From Bacteroidales bacterium (GTDB lineage Bacteria > Bacteroidota > Bacteroidia > Bacteroidales > VadinHA17): a stretch of DNA of 64,000 nt. The stretch is taken from NCBI GenBank assembly GCA_046706305.1, contig JBJKPQ010000162.1, forward strand, positions 13,381-77,380, in the 5' to 3' direction. Below the pieces are notes generated by a model, which made no database searches, was not told where the DNA came from, and saw only the letters and a list, made by a program, of their open reading frames with translations. Each line of letters opens with the position of its first letter. Positions within the stretch are counted from its first letter, which is position 1. The position numbers were made by a program, and so were the translations under genes. Below are positions 46,543-56,566 of this stretch, one piece after another.

Positions 46543-47889
46543 TTAATCAAGAATTCGCGACAGGCTAAAACCGTCAAAATCACCTGAACTCATAAACAGG
46601 AAAACAGGTTTGCTGAATCCCCTGTCGATAATATCAGAAATAAGTTCGCAACTGCTGTTGTGGACAACCAAATTTGAACCACCGAATGCTTTTTCCACGT
46701 ATTCTTTGGTAAGGGGTTCAAGTTTTTTCATTTGTATGGCATGGGGATTGAAAAATACGAAAGCGTATGCAGCATTTTTCATTGTATCCCTGTACTGAGG
46801 AAGAAAATCGCGGCTAAGACTTGAATAAGTATGCAATTCAAGACAGGCTATTACCTGCCGGCCGGGATATCTTAAAACCACGGCATCTACAGTTGCTTTC
46901 ACTTTTGAAGGAGAATGGGCAAAATCGAGGTAAATTATTCCCTTTTCATTTTCCACAAGTTTTTGAAGCCTTTTTGCAGTACCTCTGAAGTTACTTATGG
47001 AACTGTAGAAGTCTTTTTCGTCAATACCTGCTGCAATACATACTTCCCTTGCCGCAGACAGGTTCTGCATATTATGTTCCCCGAAGATCTGAAGAGGGAT
47101 CTTCAACTCATCTTTTGTTGCATAGAAACCGGTTTCGTCCTGTAGAAAGCTGTGAATGCCATATGGTATTTTTTTAATATTTTCTCCTGTTTGCTCAGCA
47201 ATCTTTTTCACCTCGCTATCATCTTTATAATATATAAGAGTGCCTTTATCTTCAATCTTGCCGGTGAAAATCCTGAACTGCTCCAGGTAGTTGTCAAACG
47301 TAGGGAAAACATTTTTATGGTCCCAGGCAATCCCGTTAAGAACTGCAATATCCGGATGGTACAGGTGAAATTTGGGCCTTCTGTCGAGAGGCGAGGTAAG
47401 ATATTCATCTCCTTCAAAAACGGCTGTTTCAGATTCGTCTGATAATCCAACCATTGTATCAAAGCCATCAATAAGAGAACCGACCATATAATCAAATTTC
47501 ATATCCAGCGACTTGAATACATGCATTATCATAGCCGTAGTAGTTGTTTTACCATGGCTTCCTGCAATAACAATCCTCTTTTTGTTTTTTGTCTGTTCAT
47601 ACAGGTACTCAGGGAATGACATTATCCTGATTCCCAGCTTACGTGCTTTTATTAGTTCAGGATTGTCCGACCTGGCATGCATCCCGAGAATAATTGTCCC
47701 GATATCCTCAGTTATATTTTCAGGGTGCCAGCCGAATTTTTCCGGAAGCAGGTTAAAGCTTTCAAGTCTGGATCTTGATGGCTCGAATATTTCATCATCA
47801 GAACCCGTTACCCGGTAACCTTTTTTATGCAACGCTATTGCGAGATTATGCATAACGGCCCCGCCAATAGCAATAAAGTGAACTCTCAT
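46543..47889 (-). CDS. mpl: Mur ligase family, UDP-N-acetylmuramate:L-Ala-gamma-D-Glu-meso-DAP ligase (Mpl)-like
   Basis: MRVHFIAIGGAVMHNLA..GY.VTGSD N-terminus resembling E. coli Mpl, and P-loop AGSHGKTTTT. Start moved to 47889. Confidence 0.8.
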   Translation of the reverse strand: MRVHFIAIGGAVMHNLAIALHKKGYRVTGSDDEIFEPSRSRLESFNLLPEKFGWHPENITEDIGTIILGMHARSDNPELIKARKLGIRIMSFPEYLYEQTKNKKRIVIAGSHGKTTTTAMIMHVFKSLDMKFDYMVGSLIDGFDTMVGLSDESETAVFEGDEYLTSPLDRRPKFHLYHPDIAVLNGIAWDHKNVFPTFDNYLEQFRIFTGKIEDKGTLIYYKDDSEVKKIAEQTGENIKKIPYGIHSFLQDETGFYATKDELKIPLQIFGEHNMQNLSAAREVCIAAGIDEKDFYSSISNFRGTAKRLQKLVENEKGIIYLDFAHSPSKVKATVDAVVLRYPGRQVIACLELHTYSSLSRDFLPQYRDTMKNAAYAFVFFNPHAIQMKKLEPLTKEYVEKAFGGSNLVVHNSSCELISDIIDRGFSKPVFLFMSSGDFDGFSLSRILD

Positions 47890-48143
47890 ATTTTTATTAT
47901 ACATCGCATACCCGGATGCACCTTCATGGTTATTAAAATTTATCCGTTCGCGAAGTTACAAATTCCTGCCCAACAAATCCTGAATAACCGTTATTACTAA
48001 CAGATGCATTTCATCTGACAGGTTTAATTACCAAAGGCAGGAGTTTTTGTTCCTGTCGTTTGGACCAGTCAGGATCAGAATATTCCGGTAAAGTCATGTT
48101 TCAGGATGTATAGACCGAAATGCTCATTTCTTATTTAAAATTA

Positions 48144-48151
48144 TATATTTG
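48144..48151 (+). promoter_or_regulatory. Candidate -7 box (TATATTTG) for the PLD/cardiolipin synthase gene
   Basis: TAnnTTTG match 28 nt upstream of the ATG at 48179. No clean -33 TTTG. Confidence 0.4.
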
Positions 48152-48178
48152 TGAAAGGGTCGTACAGCTAACAGGCAG

Positions 48179-49372
48179 ATGAAGGTTACATCCAGACATG
48201 AATACAAAGGAGGCCATTCAGTGGAACTCCTTCGCAGTGGCAGTAGTTATTTTGATGCCTGTGAAGAGCTTATTAATGAAGCAAAAAACTTCATCCATTT
48301 CCAGACTTATATTGTTGATGATGATTCTACAGGGAGAAGGTTTGTGGATGCTCTTGTAAGGGCAGCCGGGAGAGGGGTGAAAGTTTATTTCCTGCTTGAT
48401 GCTTACGGGGGCAGCAGCTTTTCCAGAAACCTGAGAAGCACAGTTGAAGAAGCAGGTATTAGTTTCAGAATGTTCTCACCGGCATTCATCACAAAAGGTT
48501 TTCAGCTTAGCCTGCGTCTTCATCATAAGGTTTTGCTGGCCGATGGGGAGGTGGCTATTATAGGAGGTATGAATGTGGCTGACCGCTACCATGGAACACC
48601 TGAGCACATGGAATGGCTCGATTTTGCCGTAAGGATAAAAGGACCTGAATGTGCACATACCCTTTTTATACTCAAGCGGCTCTGGAATAAAGCATTTATT
48701 TCCAGGAAAGAACGCTCGCATGAGACTGTTCACCATCCTGTTATCTTTCCAGAAGATGTTAATGTTAAGGTACTTCAGAATAACTGGTATCGCAATAAAA
48801 TAGAGATACTTAAGAGTTACAGGTCCGCAATCAAACATGCAGGGAGCAGGATAATTATTTTTGCCAGCTATTTCCTTCCGGGAAGAAATGAAAGGAAACT
48901 GTTGCGGAATGCGAGCCGGAGGGGAGTGGATATAAAAATTGTGCTTGCAGCTGAATCAGATGCTCCTGTCTTTAAGAGAGCCACAAACTTCCTATATGAT
49001 TTTATTCTTCGGAACAATATAAAAATATATGAATACCTGCCTTCAAATTTGCACGCCAAGGTGGCAACGGCCGATGGCAACTGGAGCACAATAGGCAGCT
49101 ATAATATGAACCACCTTAGCGATTATGGCAGTGTGGAGACAAATGTAGATATCTTCGACCATGATTTTGCGGGGATATTCGAAAAAATCCTGCTCAATAT
49201 AATAAAGAAAGACTGTCACCAGGTTACCTTCAGTGAATACAGTAAGCGAAGAACATGGCTCTTCCAGGTTATCGACTGGATATCATATCAGATGATAAGG
49301 CTTGCAATGAGGATAATGTTCATGCTTACTTCACGTAAGTCGTCTATTCCTCATTCTGATGTATCCATGTAA
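48179..49372 (+). CDS. Phospholipase D family protein, ClsB-like cardiolipin synthase
   Basis: Two HKD motifs (HHKVLLADG..GG.N and LHAKVATADG.WSTIGSYNMN) and no N-terminal TM helices. Confidence 0.85.
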   Translation: MKVTSRHEYKGGHSVELLRSGSSYFDACEELINEAKNFIHFQTYIVDDDSTGRRFVDALVRAAGRGVKVYFLLDAYGGSSFSRNLRSTVEEAGISFRMFSPAFITKGFQLSLRLHHKVLLADGEVAIIGGMNVADRYHGTPEHMEWLDFAVRIKGPECAHTLFILKRLWNKAFISRKERSHETVHHPVIFPEDVNVKVLQNNWYRNKIEILKSYRSAIKHAGSRIIIFASYFLPGRNERKLLRNASRRGVDIKIVLAAESDAPVFKRATNFLYDFILRNNIKIYEYLPSNLHAKVATADGNWSTIGSYNMNHLSDYGSVETNVDIFDHDFAGIFEKILLNIIKKDCHQVTFSEYSKRRTWLFQVIDWISYQMIRLAMRIMFMLTSRKSSIPHSDVSM

Positions 49373-49382
49373 CCTGCTTTGT

Positions 49383-50246
49383 TCAGAACTGGTGGAACCC
49401 CATCGATACGAAATGCAGGACCTCCGGTAATGCAGTCCGCCAGTAAACCCATGTATGACTTCCGTCACGCGTCCTGTACTCATGGGGTATTTCTTTTTCC
49501 CTCATGGCTATATGAACAAGGCAGTTGCCCTTATAAAGGAAGTCGTCATCGCCACAGTCGATATACCATCTTACAGCTTTTTTCTGATCATCAGGCATGT
49601 TGTTAACGAGGTATATGACACTGTTCCTGTTGAAATAGGATTCTTTGTCCTTATCCGCAATTTTGTCAACTCCGGGCCATAGTACATAATCCTTCATCTT
49701 GTCAATTGATTCCGGCCCCGTTGCAGCACTCAGGGGACAAGCTGCTGAAAACAATTCCGGATGGTGAAGTGCATATATGAAGGTTCCTTCTCCACCCATA
49801 GACAAACCTGCTACTGCCCTGAAGCGTTTTTCTCCCTTAACCCTGTAGGTCTTCTCAATAAATGGCATGAACTCCTGGAAGAAGAAATCTTCATAGCGCC
49901 ATTCCCCGGAAGGATCATTAACATATCCCCTGTGTACTGTGTTAGCATCCGGCATTACAATAACCATAGGAGTGGCATTACCAGATTTGATTGCTTCATC
50001 GGCTATCCTTAATACCTCCCCGAACTGTATCCAGCCTGTCTGATCATCTCCGTACCCGTGAAGCAGGTAAAGTATTGGATAACTCCTTTGCGATGTTTCA
50101 TAATCGGGAGGAAGGTATACCGCATATTTCCTGTCCATTTTAAGTATTTTGCTTGTCATCGACAGGTTGTCAAATACCTTTCCTGTCTGAGCCATCAGGC
50201 CGGAAGCCAGGAAAAGGATTGAAAAAACAACGGAAATCTTTTTCAT
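49383..50246 (-). CDS. Secreted esterase (esterase D / putative-esterase family)
   Basis: Signal peptide MKKISVVFSILFLASGLMAQ, YP.LYLLHG and nucleophile elbow GLSMGG. Confidence 0.75.
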   Translation of the reverse strand: MKKISVVFSILFLASGLMAQTGKVFDNLSMTSKILKMDRKYAVYLPPDYETSQRSYPILYLLHGYGDDQTGWIQFGEVLRIADEAIKSGNATPMVIVMPDANTVHRGYVNDPSGEWRYEDFFFQEFMPFIEKTYRVKGEKRFRAVAGLSMGGEGTFIYALHHPELFSAACPLSAATGPESIDKMKDYVLWPGVDKIADKDKESYFNRNSVIYLVNNMPDDQKKAVRWYIDCGDDDFLYKGNCLVHIAMREKEIPHEYRTRDGSHTWVYWRTALPEVLHFVSMGFHQF

Positions 50247-50477
50247 CAGATATGGTTTTTTGGTTATGGTTAATATCAATTATCAACCGACAAGGTATTA
50301 TAAAATATCGTTATAAAAAACCACGACTGGCCATGTTCAAAACATTAATGCATGCCGGTTGTTTAAAAATCATAATGAAATCTCTGATATATAATATCAA
50401 AGGGATATCCTGAAGGAGAAGATGATAATGATAAATTTCTTTTTGGATACCGGAATGCGTATAATTGCAATGTAAAC

Positions 50478-51332
50478 ATGATTCAGATGAAGGTACAGTT
50501 ATTTAATATTGCTGATTTCAAGGTCGACGGAGGAGCTATGTTCGGTGTGGTACCAAAGGTTTTGTGGTCGCGTAATTATCCCTCCGACGAAAATAACCTT
50601 ATAGTCCTTTCCCTGCGCTCTCTTATTGTGGAGACCGGAGGACATATAATTTTGATTGATACAGGCTGGGGCGATAAACAGGATGAGAAATTTTTCAGTC
50701 ACGTATATCTCCACGGAGGAGAGGGCCTGGTTCAGGGACTTAAAAACAGAGGATACAGACCTGAAGATGTAACAGATGTGTTCCTTACCCATCTGCATGC
50801 CGACCATTGCGGAGGTGCTGTATACAGGGATAATGAAACGGGGGCATATAAATTAACTTTCGCCAGGGCCATTCACCATATAAGCCGTACACAGTGGGAA
50901 TGGGCAGTGGCCAATAATCCAAGAGAGGCAGACTCATTTCTCGAAGAAAATATCCTGCCTATTGGTCACAGCGGACAGCTCAACCTTGTGGATGACGATG
51001 ATGAAGAACTTTTCCCGGGATTTTCTGTTATGATGTGCTATGGTCATACCCCGGGGCTGATGATACCGGTTCTTAACACCGGGGATAAGACTCTTGTTTA
51101 TACCGGCGATCTGATACCTACAATATCACATCTTCCTCTTATCTGGAATATGAGCTACGATATAGAATCTCTTAAAAGTATAGCTGAAAAAGAAAGACTA
51201 CTGAACAGGGCACTGGAAAATAATTATTACCTTGTATTTCAGCATGATGAATATGTTGAATGTTGTGACCTGAAGATGACCGACAAAGGTATCAGGGCTA
51301 ACAGGAAATGTGTATTATCCGAATTATTATGA
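50478..51332 (+). CDS. MBL-fold metallo-hydrolase
   Basis: HLHADHCGG (HxHxDH) motif, 284 aa. Confidence 0.8.
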   Translation: MIQMKVQLFNIADFKVDGGAMFGVVPKVLWSRNYPSDENNLIVLSLRSLIVETGGHIILIDTGWGDKQDEKFFSHVYLHGGEGLVQGLKNRGYRPEDVTDVFLTHLHADHCGGAVYRDNETGAYKLTFARAIHHISRTQWEWAVANNPREADSFLEENILPIGHSGQLNLVDDDDEELFPGFSVMMCYGHTPGLMIPVLNTGDKTLVYTGDLIPTISHLPLIWNMSYDIESLKSIAEKERLLNRALENNYYLVFQHDEYVECCDLKMTDKGIRANRKCVLSELL

Positions 51333-51507
51333 GCTCTTACCGGAAACAAGGTAAAAAAAATTATACCTGCATAGTTTCAGTTTTCCTGTAATCCTTCAGT
51401 TACCTTTTTATCTTAATAATACCGGTTTTTATTATTTTTCTCATTGCCGGAACACCATCCGGATGATCATACCTTTCATTTTATTGCAGCGATTGTATAA
51501 TTCTTAT

Positions 51508-51515
51508 TATCTTTG
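51508..51515 (+). promoter_or_regulatory. Candidate -7 box (TATCTTTG) upstream of the fumarase gene
   Basis: TAnnTTTG match 69 nt upstream of the ATG at 51584. Confidence 0.35.
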
Positions 51516-51583
51516 ATATAGGGATATTTAGATATTTTTATATATATCCCTGATTAATTACCAGTTAATAAACTTAAGCGATC

Positions 51584-53194
51584 ATGGCAGAATTTATTTA
51601 TGAGAAACCATTCCAGGTACAGAAGGATACTACTGTTTACAGAAAACTAACTTCTGATTATGTAAAAGTAATAGACCAGGGAGGCCGTAAGGTATTGAAA
51701 GTAGATCCGGCGGCTTTGGAAATGCTGGCTAAAGAAGCTGTTTCGGATGTTTCCTTTTTTCTGAGAACGGCCCATCTGGAAAAACTGGCAAGGATAATTG
51801 ATGATCCGGAGGCAACCGATAATGATCGTTTTGTCGCTTATATGATGTTGAAGAATACAGTTGTCTCTTCCAAAGGGGATCTGCCATGGTGCCAGGATAC
51901 CGGCACTGCGATAGTCATTGGTAAAAAAGGGGAGGATGTATGGACAGGAGGAAACGATGCAAAATCGCTTTCACGTGGGATATTCGACACTTATCGTACA
52001 AGAAACCTGAGATATTCTCAGATTGTTCCTTACACCATGTTTGAAGAAAAGAACACAGGAAGCAATCTCCCGGCGCAGATAGATATTTATTCGACTGAAG
52101 GCAGGAAATATGAATTCCTTTTTGTGACCAAGGGTGGAGGGTCTGCTAATAAGACATTCCTTTATCAGCAGACAAAGTCATTACTGAATGAAGAGTCATT
52201 AACGAAATTTGTCAAAGAAAAGATAAGGGATCTCGGGACATCTGCCTGCCCTCCATATCATCTCGCCCTGGTAATCGGAGGTACTTCAGCCGAAGCTACC
52301 CTGAAAGCCGTAAAGGAAGCATCTGCCGGTAATTATGATAATTTGCCTGTTACAGGGAACGACAGTGGAAGGGCTTTCAGGGATTTGGAATGGGAAAGTA
52401 AAATAGAGAAGATTTGCCATGAATACGGGGTTGGAGCCCAGTTCGGAGGGAAATACTTTGTTCATGATGTTCGTGTTATAAGAATGCCAAGACATGCAGC
52501 TTCATGCCCCGTTGGCCTTGGGGTTAGTTGCAGTGCCGACAGAAATATAAAAGCCTATATAGATGAGAACGGCATATTTCTCGAACAACTTGAGAAGAAT
52601 CCTGAAAAATTCATGCCTGCCAAAGCTCCTGAACTGGATAAGCCCGTTGAAATTGACCTTGACAGACCCATTAGGGAAGTCCTGTCAGATCTGACAAAAT
52701 ATCCTGTAAAAACACGTTTAAGCCTAACGGGAACTCTTGTTGTGGCACGAGATATCGCCCATGCCAGGATCAGGAAGATGCTTGAGGAGGGGAAACCTAT
52801 GCCCGATTATTTCAAGGAACATCCTATCTATTATGCAGGACCGGCCAAAACACCTGAGGGCATGCCTTCCGGTAGTTTCGGCCCCACCACTGCCGGGCGG
52901 ATGGACACTTATGTTGACCAGTTCCAGGGTATGGGCGGGTCTTTGATTATGGTTGCTAAAGGCAATCGAAGTCAACAGGTTGTGGATGCATGTAGGAAAC
53001 ACGGAGGCTTTTACCTGGGCTCAATCGGCGGTCCGGCTGCAATACTGGCAGCAGAGAATATAAAATCTGTCGAGGTGGTTGATTTTGAGGAACTGGGTAT
53101 GGAAGCTGTACGTAAAATACGCGTTGAAAATATGCCTGCCTTTATTATTACTGATGACAAGGGTAACGATTTCTTTGACGGGTATAATAAATAA
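51584..53194 (+). CDS. Class I (Fe-S dependent) fumarate hydratase
   Basis: 536 aa, fused alpha/beta type, with motifs [20 protein letters not shown] and GPTTAGRMD. Confidence 0.92.
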   Translation: MAEFIYEKPFQVQKDTTVYRKLTSDYVKVIDQGGRKVLKVDPAALEMLAKEAVSDVSFFLRTAHLEKLARIIDDPEATDNDRFVAYMMLKNTVVSSKGDLPWCQDTGTAIVIGKKGEDVWTGGNDAKSLSRGIFDTYRTRNLRYSQIVPYTMFEEKNTGSNLPAQIDIYSTEGRKYEFLFVTKGGGSANKTFLYQQTKSLLNEESLTKFVKEKIRDLGTSACPPYHLALVIGGTSAEATLKAVKEASAGNYDNLPVTGNDSGRAFRDLEWESKIEKICHEYGVGAQFGGKYFVHDVRVIRMPRHAASCPVGLGVSCSADRNIKAYIDENGIFLEQLEKNPEKFMPAKAPELDKPVEIDLDRPIREVLSDLTKYPVKTRLSLTGTLVVARDIAHARIRKMLEEGKPMPDYFKEHPIYYAGPAKTPEGMPSGSFGPTTAGRMDTYVDQFQGMGGSLIMVAKGNRSQQVVDACRKHGGFYLGSIGGPAAILAAENIKSVEVVDFEELGMEAVRKIRVENMPAFIITDDKGNDFFDGYNK

Positions 53195-53218
53195 GGCTTA
53201 AGAAAATTATATATGAAT

Positions 53219-53330
53219 GGCTTCGTCACTTCGTTACCCGCAATGACACTGGACTAAAGGATTTTAATCTATAGATTTTAACAGTCGGTACTTAAATAGA
53301 TTGTCATTGCGAGGAGCAACGCAACGAAGC
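53219..53330. repeat. Imperfect palindromic intergenic element (GCTTCGT..CGCAATGAC arms)
   Basis: The left arm is GGCTTCGTCACTTCGTTACCCGCAATGAC (53219-53247). The reverse complement of the right arm (53303-53330) is GCTTCGTTGCGTTGCTCCTCGCAATGAC. The arm ends match perfectly (7 and 9 nt) and the interiors differ, with a 55-nt loop. It lies between convergent genes. Confidence 0.55.
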
Positions 53331-53334
53331 TATC

Positions 53335-54771
53335 CTACCTTATTTCCTCAATGGTAAATATATTGTGCCGGTCAAGTTCGAGCCAGTATCTTATTGTATT
53401 CTTTCTTACAAGTTCCCAGTAAATATTGCTGTCGAGCCCGTATACATAGTTAATCTCCTTTAACTCTCCGAGTATTTTCTTTGCAAGATCAGGTCTGAGC
53501 GTCAGACGAATCTTCCTGTTCATATATGTGAACTCCACAGATGGACCAAGGGGAGGATCATTGTCCACGGTAAGCAACCCGTGGCCGGGCGTTGCCCCTG
53601 TACTTACCTGCAAACCGTCATTCATACAACTTAGGGGAGGCGTAGATCCTGCATGCGAAAGAGCCGTGAATTCATCAACACCCGTATTAAAATATTCCCT
53701 TGCCCGGATACCCATTTTAACCCCTATAATGGCAAAAACACCTAAATGCCGGTGAAGTTCATTGGCAATAACACCTGAAGTCCATTCATCCATCCCGTAC
53801 CTTTTTATAATTGATGTAACGGAAGGTTCAATATCGGTAAAGTAAAATGAGGGATCAACTGGGAATTGCCTTATTACCTGGTTTTTGGCAACTGTGAGCC
53901 CGGCGTAAATTTGTACGGCCCTGGTTCTCAGGCTATCTAAATTACCGGGGGTGCAAATTAGATTGTCTCCTGAAGGAACAGTTGTAAACAGTGAAGGAAA
54001 ATGCAGCCAGAGCACGGCCATTTCATCTCTCCCTTCCCTGGAATACTGATGGTCTGCTGCCTTATCCGACTCAAGGAATGCGGAAATTTTAGTTGCGTAA
54101 ACAGAAGGAACTTCGGCTAATTTGTCAAGAAGTAATTTGTTATAGAATACTTCATTGCCCATACCTTTAACAATCCTTACAGGTATTTTCCCTTTAAGGA
54201 CCCTTGAAGCTGATTTCCTGTCAATGTTATAGTTGAAACCATTATTATCAGCCGGATCAGTGGAACTCCAGATTATCTCTTTCACCTGTTTCCTGAAAAC
54301 AGGCAGATTATTTATTGCATTGTCAGCAGTAGACATACTGCCAAGACAAATAAAACTTATCTTCGTCGATTCATGGGTCAGCATGTCATTTATTACACTA
54401 TCGGCGTCGGGAGCATACGTATAGTCAATACCTGATTCATCTCCCCACGATGCATTTGCGGCGGTTTTAAAATCAGGAGAGGTATAGATACCTTCTTTAT
54501 AAACACCTACGGGTATACCTTCATGGTAGTAACTATTCAGCAGGCTTTTAATCTTTTTGTAGGCTGTTGAAACGTCAAGCACTCCAGGGGATACTGTGAT
54601 AGCCAGTACCCTGACATCAGGCGATGCCAGTAGCATCGAGACAGCTTTAATATCATCAATCCCTCCGTCAGTATCAATTATAACATAATGACCTGGTTTC
54701 CATGGATGTGAAAACAGCACCAGGCTGAATGACAATAAAATAAGTACCGAAGATATTTTTTTCATGAGCAT
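53335..54771 (-). CDS. Secreted fusion protein: nucleoside-hydrolase-like N-domain plus degenerate FmdE-like C-domain
   Basis: Signal peptide, then IUNH aspartate cluster IIDTDGGIDD. The C-terminal ~150 aa reads ..HRHLGVFAIIGVKMGIRA..SCMNDGLQVSTGATPGHGLL.., colinear with FmdE/FwdE motifs (HGH.CPG..G.R, C..D.IQ..TGCT.GKGNL), but with most Cys replaced. Confidence 0.6.
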   Translation of the reverse strand: MLMKKISSVLILLSFSLVLFSHPWKPGHYVIIDTDGGIDDIKAVSMLLASPDVRVLAITVSPGVLDVSTAYKKIKSLLNSYYHEGIPVGVYKEGIYTSPDFKTAANASWGDESGIDYTYAPDADSVINDMLTHESTKISFICLGSMSTADNAINNLPVFRKQVKEIIWSSTDPADNNGFNYNIDRKSASRVLKGKIPVRIVKGMGNEVFYNKLLLDKLAEVPSVYATKISAFLESDKAADHQYSREGRDEMAVLWLHFPSLFTTVPSGDNLICTPGNLDSLRTRAVQIYAGLTVAKNQVIRQFPVDPSFYFTDIEPSVTSIIKRYGMDEWTSGVIANELHRHLGVFAIIGVKMGIRAREYFNTGVDEFTALSHAGSTPPLSCMNDGLQVSTGATPGHGLLTVDNDPPLGPSVEFTYMNRKIRLTLRPDLAKKILGELKEINYVYGLDSNIYWELVRKNTIRYWLELDRHNIFTIEEIR

Positions 54772-54920
54772 CCTGTGATGTAAAATATAATCAAATCATT
54801 TCTTTGCCGGTAAAAGTATATAACTCTGCAATTTCTTAAATATTATTTCGGGTTAAAATGATTTATCTCTTTATGTGGGAAAGAATAATTTCATATCTTA
54901 AGCCCTGTTAACCAGACCAG

Positions 54921-56453
54921 ATGAAAAAAATTTACTTGTTATTTGTCCCCGGCATAATTGTAGGGGTTCTGCTTGTTGTTACAGTTAACAAGGCTGTAAA
55001 GATGACATCAACAAATGATTATTGTGTCTCATGTCATATTCACCCTGAGGCAGATGCATTATGGAAAAGATCGACTCACTATGATACCCGGTCAGGATAC
55101 AGGGCCAACTGTGTCGATTGTCATCTTCCACCAAAAGGTCATGGCTACCTTATGGCTAAGGTAAGGACTGGTTTTCGGGATTTGTGGAGCTACTGGACCA
55201 GGGATTCGGCGTCATTCGACTGGAAAGGCCGCAGAAGCCTGGAAGAAGCCAGGACTTATGTTTATGAAAGCACCTGTGTGGATTGTCATAAGAATCTATT
55301 CCCAGTCAGCCTTTCCAAAGAAGGTTCGGAAGCACACCTTTATTATAACCGTACCAGGGAGAAGGAAAACCTGAACTGTATAAACTGTCATCTAAATGCA
55401 GGGCACTATATAGATGGCTATACGCATGGAAGCAATAAGAACTTCGGTACAGAAGTATCATCGGGCAAGGAAATTTATACGAGTCCTTCCACGGTTAGTT
55501 CCTTCGGCAATTTTACCGAATATATACCCGGCACTTCCGTATCCTTCAGAATGATAGCTATACCCGGCGGCAAATTCAATATGGGTAGTCCCGAAAATGA
55601 ACCTTTCAGGAACGCAGACGAAGGTCCAGTACATGAAGTTGAGGTAAGTGGATTCTATATGGCTGAAACGGAGACTTCGTGGAATGAATACCTGGCCTTC
55701 TATTCACAAACGGCAGCTGAAGGACGGTCTACTGATACAGAGGGGATCAGGATCAAAGGGTCAGCTTCAACAGATGCTATTTCCGGTGCCACACCTCCTT
55801 ATGGACAGCCCGACCAGGGATGGGGCCTGGGAGAAAGGCCTGCAATATCTTTTTCATTTCATGCTGCCGAGACATACTGCAGGTGGTTATCGCGGGTAAC
55901 TGGGAAAAATTACCGTCTTCCTACAGAGGCAGAATGGGAATATGCCTGCCGGGGAGGCAGCCCGGATCCCTATTTTTTCCAGGGCGACCCGACAAAATAT
56001 CAGAGAACAGGTTTTCTTTCACGCTTTTTAAAAAATGACACTGCAATTATTAATTCCTATATCATTTACAGAGGTAACAGCCCTGGAAAAACACAGTTAC
56101 CTTCCAGGGTAAAAGCAAATCCGTTCGGTTTAAAAAACATGTCGGGCAATGTGGCTGAATTTTGTTCAGACTGGTACAGCGAAAATGCTTATGCACAGTA
56201 TACGGGTAGAGTTGTAAAAGACCCTTCCGGTCCTGCATCAGGTGAAGAACATGTTATCAGGGGTGGCTCTTTCCTGAACACGGCAGGTGCAGTCAGAAGT
56301 GCTGCCCGCGATCATACCCGGACAGATGCCTGGCTGAAGACAGATCCCCAGATGCCTAAAAGTATCTGGTGGTACTCCGATTGCTTCAATGTTGGCTTCA
56401 GGGTGGTCTGTGAATTTGATGAAAAGACGGGAGATAATAAAATACCCCGATAG
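54921..56453 (+). CDS. Membrane-anchored tetrahaem NapC/NirT-type cytochrome c fused to an FGE/SUMF1 (formylglycine-generating-enzyme-like) domain
   Basis: N-terminal TM and four CxxCH motifs (CVSCH from 55023, then CVDCH, CVDCH, CINCH) within the first ~165 aa. An FGE-sulfatase-type domain follows (..MIAIPGGKFNMGS.., YRLPTEAEWEYACRGG, GNV.EFC.DWY, IRGGSF). Confidence 0.8.
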   Translation: MKKIYLLFVPGIIVGVLLVVTVNKAVKMTSTNDYCVSCHIHPEADALWKRSTHYDTRSGYRANCVDCHLPPKGHGYLMAKVRTGFRDLWSYWTRDSASFDWKGRRSLEEARTYVYESTCVDCHKNLFPVSLSKEGSEAHLYYNRTREKENLNCINCHLNAGHYIDGYTHGSNKNFGTEVSSGKEIYTSPSTVSSFGNFTEYIPGTSVSFRMIAIPGGKFNMGSPENEPFRNADEGPVHEVEVSGFYMAETETSWNEYLAFYSQTAAEGRSTDTEGIRIKGSASTDAISGATPPYGQPDQGWGLGERPAISFSFHAAETYCRWLSRVTGKNYRLPTEAEWEYACRGGSPDPYFFQGDPTKYQRTGFLSRFLKNDTAIINSYIIYRGNSPGKTQLPSRVKANPFGLKNMSGNVAEFCSDWYSENAYAQYTGRVVKDPSGPASGEEHVIRGGSFLNTAGAVRSAARDHTRTDAWLKTDPQMPKSIWWYSDCFNVGFRVVCEFDEKTGDNKIPR

Positions 56454-56566
56454 TTTAATAAATATTAAACCAATAAATATTATCTAATCAGAAATACTTT
56501 TTACATTTGATTAAACCAATATTCACTTGAACCATACTAACTTAAAGAATTAAAAACTAACCTGAA

